Assembly: GCA_001642005.1 (NCBI GenBank)
Contig: LWCA01000076.1
Location: 1 to 60,756, forward strand
Direction of reading: 5' to 3'
Source: Intoshia linei
Taxonomy: Eukaryota > Animalia > Orthonectida
DNA length: 60,756 nt
The position numbers and the translations under genes are program-made. The notes beneath the pieces are model-generated. The model searched no databases. It had not been told where the DNA came from and saw nothing but the letters and a program-made list of their open reading frames with translations. Positions 52,720-60,756 of the stretch are shown piece by piece (the stretch's first letter is position 1; each line of letters opens with the position of its first letter).

Positions 52720-53038
52720 GTTTTCAAAATTCCATATTTCTATTACAGTTTTTCGAGCGTGTCATTTTATCGCAAATTTCATTTTCAGAAATTGAGTCCT
52801 TCAAGACAAAAACCTTAATTTTCTGTTTTTTTAAATTCAAACGAATCTTAGAATTATAAAAAATACATAATATGATACAGATTTTAAAATCATCAGCATT
52901 ACGATACATTTCAATTTCAAAATATTAAATCTTCACGGTCAAAACCACAAATTACTCTTTTGTGTAAGAATGAATAAAACTGCCCGACCTCGGCAGAGCT
53001 TGGAGCTATTTGTACGTAGTACATAACAGTCAACCTAG
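52720..53038 (+). mobile_element. Helitron family 3' end with scrambled internal modules; start approximate
   Basis: Ends ctcggcagagct..ctatttgtacgtagtacataacagtcaacCTAG|T. Confidence 0.7.
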
Positions 53039-53101
53039 TAAATAAATAAACGAATTTATAAAAAGTTCAACATTCATTTACAACCAATTCTTGGATTTAT
53101 A

Positions 53102-56100
53102 CTAAAATACATAATGAAATCTACGGTATTGGTTGCAAAGATATCGAAACTGGTTAAATAACTGAAAATTACATAATAATAATATTTTATAATAATGTCA
53201 AAAATATTACATCTTGTGGTATTAATTTGCATTCCATTTTGCACCGAGTGGTTTCTTCATTGAAAAATAAGATTGCATGTTGAAAATTTTTAATTTTGAT
53301 ATTAATATTTCGATTAATGAGAATATTCAATTTATTAAATGTTATTGTGGCGTCTTTATCTTTAGGTTCATTGTTTATACTTGAATGTGTAGGTGACTTC
53401 CATATCTGTTTTGTTTCGTAATTTTCCAATCTCATTCCATGATTATAATTCATGAAAACTCTATATTATATATTTGATATTTGTCAAATTAATTTTAATC
53501 AATAGATTCTGATGGTGGTTTTTTTAAAAGGTTAGCGTTAAAGTGTAATTAAAATTTTTTTTGGGGAAATTTTAGGAATATTTTTTCTTTATTTTAATGA
53601 ATCAAAACCTATTGGGGTATCTATGTATTTGTTTAAAATGGCGCACGAACAAAATTATACTCTTAAATACAAGTATTTTGTGTATTAAGTGAAAATTTCA
53701 AATCAAGAACTTTAAAGGGATGGCTAGGGCTATATGACACTGCGCAACGTTATCGATTTTTTTATGGACTATTTTTATTTTCGTATGACCTCGAGTTTTG
53801 TAGGTTAAGTTACCTGATTCATCACATATAACAACTAAATGTTTATTATTATTATTAATTGATTTGATTATTTGTGAATTTAGTATAGTTTCATATTTCA
53901 TAAATAAAAATTACTTAATTTTTCCAAATTCATCAGAGATACTGACCTGGTTTTTAGTATCCATAATTATTTTTAAAGTTGGTTCGTTTTTATTTAATAT
54001 AATTAGTAAATTATTACTAATTATATTTATTGCCACATTACCATTTTTGTAACTAAAATATATATTAATGTACATTTATGTTAATATGCCTGAATTGTAG
54101 ATATATCAACACATTTAGGGCCCAAATGTAAACCAGAGGGTTATTTTAAGTGCATAGTTGTAAAATTTTGTGTAGCTATAAATGGAAACTTTGTAAATGT
54201 AAATTTAATTTTGTAGTGTTGTATAAAAAATTTCCTGCAAAAATAATTTGATAGTGTTTCGAAATTAAAATTTAAAATGTTCAAAAAATTAATTTTTTTA
54301 ACATTTTAATAATAATTATTATTGGAATGAAGAACAACAGAGATTATACCAATGTTTTCCAACCAAAATTCAATTAGTGAATTTTCGAAATTTTGTCAGA
54401 CCCACCAGTGGGACCTATCCTCACGATTAAGAAACACTGGCTTATATAAAACTACTTTCGAAAAAAAATATAAGTCAAAAGAGACTGTGTAAACGGCTAT
54501 ACTAATGAAAAATTTTGTGAAAATAAAAAAAATCCAATTAGTGGATGTAAACAGTTGTAAATATGTAGTTTCAAAAATCTATTACAATAACACCTGATGT
54601 ACAATGTAAATGTGTTGTACAATTTATTTGGTTAATACACAAAAAAATTACTATACGGTTCCTGTGTGATCATCAAATAATATTAAAGAAGTTTTTCCAT
54701 TTTTATATTTCTTTAATATCACCGAACGTTTCTAAATATAAATGTAAATATAAAAAAAAAATTAACATAAATTAAAAACAATTTAGATTGTATTTTATGA
54801 AATATTATAGAAAAATCGCCCCTTAACTTCTTACGTCTTGGCCCCCGTTGAGAACCATTGTTTACACTAATATTATAACCACACGATACACAAAAAAGAG
54901 GTCATAATGTGATAATTTGGTAAAATATTGAAAAATAAGTCATCAATTAATTAATGTCAAAGAAAGAATAGTTGCCTTAAACAATTCGGTTGTATTCCTT
55001 CCTTCAGAATTTGAAGAATTTAATGGAATTGTTTCAATTTTTGATGTACTTTGATCGTCATAGTCTTTTTTTAATTCATACATTGTTAAAGGACTGGGGG
55101 GTCTCATCGTCCATCCATTATCCAGGCATTTTTGAGATGATAATTGATAATTAATTATTCTATACTGCTTAGATGCTAAAAATAAATGTTATATAAATGT
55201 TATAATTCTATAGAAGCGGTTCACCACCTTTTTCAGCGATTATCACCCCATTTAGGGGTGAACAATTAGTTGAACGCTGAATTGTTGGAGCGACATAATC
55301 ATAGAATTTGCTAATTAATTATATTGATTTTATAACCAAATTTTTGAGGGTTCCGTTAAGGAAAAATTTTAAGACAATTTTGGGATCAACATTTCGGAGA
55401 ATTTTAAGGGAAGTTCTTTTTATCCAGTTTTTAAGATTTTGAAGATAATTTTAGGACAAGATTTTGTAGAGTTTTTAATAGAATATTTCTTAAATTTATT
55501 ATAGATAATTTTGGGACCAACATTTTGTCGGGTTTTTAAAGCATTTTCAAAATCTTTTAAAATTAGGTGAAAAAAATCGATTAAAAAATTTAAGAAATAA
55601 GAATCAGAATAATAGAAATATATAGTCAGAGTCATAATAGAATAATATCAGAATAATCTTTATTTTTAATTTTCGGAGAGTTAATTATTTCACATTTTTT
55701 GTTTTAATAAAATATTTCGGAAAAAAATATATTAAAATTAAATGCTTATTTTGACCGTGAAGTTGTCACTTATTCGGATTGAACTTTTTTGTGTGTTTTA
55801 ACATGATACAACTGTACAACGTATATTATTTTAAAATCCGTATCAGCGTATATATTTTTTGAAATTCTCTAACTCGTTTGCTTTTCAAAAAAAGGACAAT
55901 TGGGCTTTTTGACTGTAAGATGGGAGTTTGTGGAGGTTGAAATTTATTTTGCTAACACCTCCGGAAAAAACTGTAATTGAAACGTGGTCTTTATAAAATT
56001 CTAAGACTGGCAGTTATTGAAATAAATGGTAACACACACACAAACAAATATGGCATAGCATATTATATAAGTAGGGATGTACGAGCTTAGGAACGAAATA

Positions 56101-59100
56101 TATCTCTAAAGAAATATAGAAGGAACATAGTGAACACAAATAGTCTGATATTTCACAAACAGTATAGTAGTAGTAGCAGTGAAAATTAAATTTATTTATG
56201 TTCTTATATCTTAATATCACACCTTCTGAGTTGTGATTTATTTAGATAATGTACGTTGTTTTTAATTTAGAACCAGGTATGGAAAATAATTGAGTACATT
56301 TGAAATTTTGAAATTTAAAAATTTTGAAAATTTACCCGGATAAACATTTTGATTTGCATTTTCTTTAATAGTAGCGTATTTATCGATAGGTTTATCTCCT
56401 TTAGATTGATCTTTACTTTTAATTTCGACTCTAAGATATTTTAAAATAAAATTCCGCCTAAAGACACCCTGTTATATTAATTCATAAAACTGGGATTTCA
56501 AAAATTTGAAAATGAACAAAAATAAATTAAATTTAAATTATTTTGTCTTAACTCTTACTTGGCTTTCGGTTTAGCTTCAGAGATATTCACATTTTTAACT
56601 TTTTTTTTAACAATTTCAGTTTTAGGGACAATCTGATCTGGTAATACTGTTTTATTTTGTCTTTTGTCCTTAATGGGATGATTCATCAGCAATTGTAACA
56701 TGTTACGATACTGTTCACAACAAAAATTTGATTCATTCAAATGTTTCAATTGTTCATAATCGCTTGGAATTTTTTTGACAATTTCATGACAATAACCGCA
56801 TTCACCAGACAAAATTGATTTTTGATCTACTCTTTCAGATACTTCCTTTAATTCTTCTTCAGATAGTAATGACATTACGTCTGTGTCTCTTTTCATCTAA
56901 ATTGGTTCATTAATTAATTTCAAGTTAATTTCTGTTGAATATATCGAGCATGTAGGCAAATTATTTAAAGTACGTTTAATATTGCTGGTCTAGATATGGT
57001 TATGCTTTCTTCTTCCTCTTCTGATATATCACCAATTGTTTCTTCATTTTCAGAGTGATCAGATTGTTCCTAAAAATGTTTTATCTACAATGTAGATTCT
57101 ACATATAATTTGATAATATAAAGCACAATTGTTATTAACCATTCAAATGGTACACAGTTGGTAGTACGTTGGAAGGGTAACTCAGTCAAAATTAGAAATA
57201 GTGACAGCTTATTTATTTATTTTAATTTAGGAAATTTTTAGTAGAGGCGCGTACAGAGACTAGTTTCACACTTCGACCCAACCTGACCCAAAAAATCAAA
57301 AATAGGTCCTAATAAATTTTGCAAATGATGTGTAATGTTATATAGCGATATTCACCTTTCCACAGACTTATAGTTAAGATATTGAAAAATCGTATTTTTT
57401 TAAATGTTCTATTTGTAAAAAAATAAGCCCTATCCTACAAAAATTTAATCAATTTCCGAGGAGGATCTAGGAGTACGTTAGGTTCAGTTCTGGTGATTAT
57501 TCTTACACATTCACATAAATATCTTCATCAAATAGGACACAATCGGTGCAATGGGATTTTTAGCAATACATAATTTAGTTAACACAACTAAATCATAAAT
57601 TACAATTATTATTATAAATAATTATAGATTGTATCTAAAATTGGAACGCACTAGACAAATAAATTTAAATTACAAAGTCAACATCTTCCTCTTCGTAAAT
57701 ATCAATAGGAATTCCATATTCATGATGAACTCTTGAAAAAGGAAATATAATTGGCGTGTAGCCGTTTTTATTTCCAACGTTATTCTGATTAATATTTTTA
57801 ATATATTCAGATTCTTTACTGCTTTCATCAAAAATTGAAGATTTCACCGATTCGTCACCATCTAAAGGTTTTGTTGATATTGATTTACTTTCAGCATCTA
57901 TTTAATAAAATTATAAAGATTTTCAATTGAGGCGATCATTTTTTCTAGTCATTTTTAAGGTTTCTACACATTTCGTTAAATTGGTTTATTAGACATTTTG
58001 TATTTGAAAACCTTAAAATGGGGTGTTAAATTTATACTGAACAACAGATACATGTACCTATATAATTAGATAATTTATATAAAGATATTACTATTTGGCG
58101 AATCATTCCTGACATTTGATTTTTTAGTTTCATCTAAATGAAAATGACATTATAAAAAAGTACTTAACAAACTTATTATTTTTAATGCACAAATTTATAA
58201 GACAGATTAAAAGTCAAGTGGTAATCACATTTTCTACTCTTTGCGCATATAAATATTTACATTTTTTTAAATAATTCCATTGCAGAAAAAATCGAGTTTT
58301 GTAGATATTTTATTGTTAACTTTTAAATTTAATTTTTCTGTGGAAATTCAAATAATAAATTATAATTCATTAGTAAAAATTCAAATCAAGATAAATCTTG
58401 ATTAATCTGGAATAATCCTAATATTTTGATGGTAACGAGGGAAATTGATAACATACATGTATTACCTGTGCCAAAAAATATTTAAAATGGCGCAATTTTA
58501 AATGTTTGATAATAAAAATGTAATTTTATAATTTAATTTTTCCATATTAATAATTAGTATTAATAATAATTAACAGATTTTAAACCAGAAAATATCAACA
58601 CGATAACATAGTAATGATTATCAGGGAGGGCGTCCACTGGACGCCCTCCAATCATAAATTCACTACATTACTATGAATTAAGTAATTGCAATCAAATATG
58701 GTAGATTGTCATTATTACGTTTTACCATTTTAGAAGTGAGATGGATATAATTTTACTCAAAATCATCAATGGAAAGAAATATTTAGCGGCTACATTTTAG
58801 CCTTTATATTTGACGAAATTTGTATAGTTTATCCAAAAAGTATTGAAAATTGATAGGAACATCAATTTATCAAAATTATGGTTATTAGTTAGTTAAGTTA
58901 GTTAATTATAGGTTATAGTTATTTCATAATGCATTCCAATGGAAGAAAAGTTGAAAAAAATGATCTACTCTACTACTATTCATTATCTTACCATTTAAAT
59001 TACTCCCCTGACGCAACCAGTAACATTTTTTAATTAATTAATTGTAATTTTAATTGTATTTATTTGTATCATTTCATAAAAAATTTTGTATAATTATACA

Positions 59101-59318
59101 AAATCAAAATTTGTCTACCAAAATCGTTCATAACTTACACTACATCCTCATTTCATCTGATATAAGTCATCATTTTAATAATATCCCTATAAATCTTATT
59201 ATGCGTGTATTTTAAATAATATTTGAATAAATTTAAGAATACCTTCCATTTCTGTTCCGTTTACGGAAACCATGTCTGTGTCAATCCAGGACAATTTAGT
59301 CTGGACGCTTTGATCCAT
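53102..59318 (-). CDS. ERICH6/FAM194-family protein, multi-exon; ends tentative
   Basis: Exons encode MDQSVQTKLSW, acidic stretches, CGYC....NFCCEQY, INYQLSSQKCLDNGWT, KYKNGKTSLILFDDHTGTV and YKNGNVAI (FAM194-domain-like), ending LFNQFRYLCNQYRRFHYVF*. Confidence 0.6.
55650..56077 (-). mobile_element. 5' module of Helitron family, reverse orientation
   Basis: Minus strand begins A|TCcctacttatataatatgctatgcc..tttgtttgtgtgtgtg and is collinear with 32207-32740. Confidence 0.8.
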
Positions 59319-59574
59319 TTTACCTTATTATAGTCAATTGTAATTGTTTGTTGTTGTCAATCATTATTTTTGTTGTATACGTAACAGTACATTACCTGAT
59401 ACTATTTTGTTTATGACTGATTAATCTTGATTAAACCATACATCATGCATTGTTTGAACATACACGTATTATAAAAATCTAATTAATAAAAGACTCAATT
59501 TATCACAATCATACATTGTGTAACGATTGACAGATAGGAACTCTGATAAGTACATCTTAAATAAAAAGATATCT

Positions 59575-59641
59575 AAATCTCGATTCGAACCTAGCCACGC
59601 AGAATACAATTATATGACTATAACCACTCTTCCAGTTAGAC
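59575..59641 (-). pseudogene. tRNA-derived sequence (pseudo-tRNA or SINE head)
   Basis: Minus strand has an A-box-like tggaagagtgg and a B-box ggttcgaatc at tRNA-like spacing, but the stems do not pair into a cloverleaf. Confidence 0.45.
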
Positions 59642-59718
59642 ATCACAAGTGAGTTATATCAAAAGTATATATTCGAATCTCGATTAGTATGATAGCGATA
59701 TATCACTACACATTGTCT

Positions 59719-59915
59719 CAGCGTTTCCCAAAAACTGGTATGTGAAAATTTTTTATCGGTCCGCGAAATAATTGTTTTTTACTAATTAGAATTCAATTTA
59801 TTTCGTTTTTTATCAAATTTTTTTTCAATGTTGCCTAGTAATTTCGCTTTAATGGTCTGCAATAAATTTTATAATTTAGTACCGGTTCGCCGTGAAAAAA
59901 TTGTGGGAAACCCTG
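59719..59915. mobile_element. hAT-type MITE
   Basis: TIRs cagcgtttccca / tgggaaaccctg; internal ggtccgcg and accggttcgc motifs. Confidence 0.6.
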
Positions 59916-59924
59916 GCCTATATA

Positions 59925-60756
59925 TCCTTACTTATATAATATGCTACGCAAATATTTGTTTGTGTGTGTGTCTGTGTGTTCCACTTTATTTTAATAACTA
60001 CTACCCCTCTTAGAATTTTATAAAGTTCACATTTCAATTACAGTTTTTTCCGAGGTGATAATAAGATAAATTTCAACCTCCCAAACTCACATCTTACGGG
60101 TCAAAAATTCGAATTGTCCTTTTTTTAAATCAAACGAGTTGGAGAATTTAAAAAAATATATATGCTGCTACAGTTTTAAAATCATAAACATTAGCATAAA
60201 TTTAAATTTAAGGCAATTATATCTTCAGGGTCAAAACGTATTAACAGTACGTGTGGTAAAATTTAACACTTTTTTGCATTTATATATTTTTCAACTACAT
60301 AACAGTAGATACACAGTATGAATGTTCCAAAATTTTAAAAATTAAGTCCAGGCTCGAAAAAAGTTGAGTAATTAATCAAAAATGACAATACAAACACCCC
60401 AATTTTCCAATATACACTCTGATACGGATTTGAAAACCATACATATTATCATAAATTTAAATTTAAAAAAAATATATCTTCAGGGCCAAATCCCCAATTA
60501 CCCTTTTTTTTTTTTTAATGAAAACAACCCTAGAATTTCAAAAAATTTACAGGTGGTATAGTTGTATCCTGTTAACACACACACAAAATTTTCAATCTGA
60601 ATAAGTGACGTCTTCACGGTCATAAAAGCATTTTAGTATTCATTTTTTTTTTTCCGAAATATTTTATTAAAACAAAAAATGTGAAATAAATAACGGTCCA
60701 AGAATTAAAAAAAAGAAGATTATTCTGATAGAGCTTATTCCAGTTGATATAAATAC
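59925..60756 (+). mobile_element. Helitron family copy running off the window end
   Basis: A|TCcttacttatataatatgctacgc..(tg)n..; collinear with 32207-32750 with a partial internal duplication/insertion. Confidence 0.85.

Overview
Very AT-rich eukaryotic (animal) genomic DNA. Introns are GT-AG and either tiny (many 35-47 nt) or long and filled with repeats. The compact architecture and highly diverged metazoan proteins suggest a reduced parasitic invertebrate such as an orthonectid (inference only). Genes in order: TADA3-like (+), furin/kexin-type proprotein convertase (+), tRNA-Lys(UUU) (-), ERK-type MAPK (+), intronless receptor guanylyl-cyclase-like gene with a degenerate active site (-), a short acidic ORF (+), a multi-Sushi/CCP membrane protein gene with in-frame stops (-), an atypical PRL/PTP4A phosphatase (+), WDR13-like (-), an N-terminal vinculin-head gene or fragment (-), BCL9/legless-like (-) and ERICH6/FAM194-like (-). 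Introns and intergenic DNA hold a modular non-autonomous Helitron family (one copy encloses a Tc1 transposase relic), hAT and Tc1/mariner MITEs and relics, and a miniature Gypsy LTR relic. Two single Ns (36701, 51403) probably mark assembly joins. I see no prokaryote-type system (CRISPR, operon, defence locus). The strongest leads are altered signalling proteins: a PRL with P-loop Ala->Ser and no CaaX, a half-site pseudo-cyclase, an HD1-less BCL9 and a head-only vinculin. All family assignments come from motifs recalled by eye and need database confirmation.
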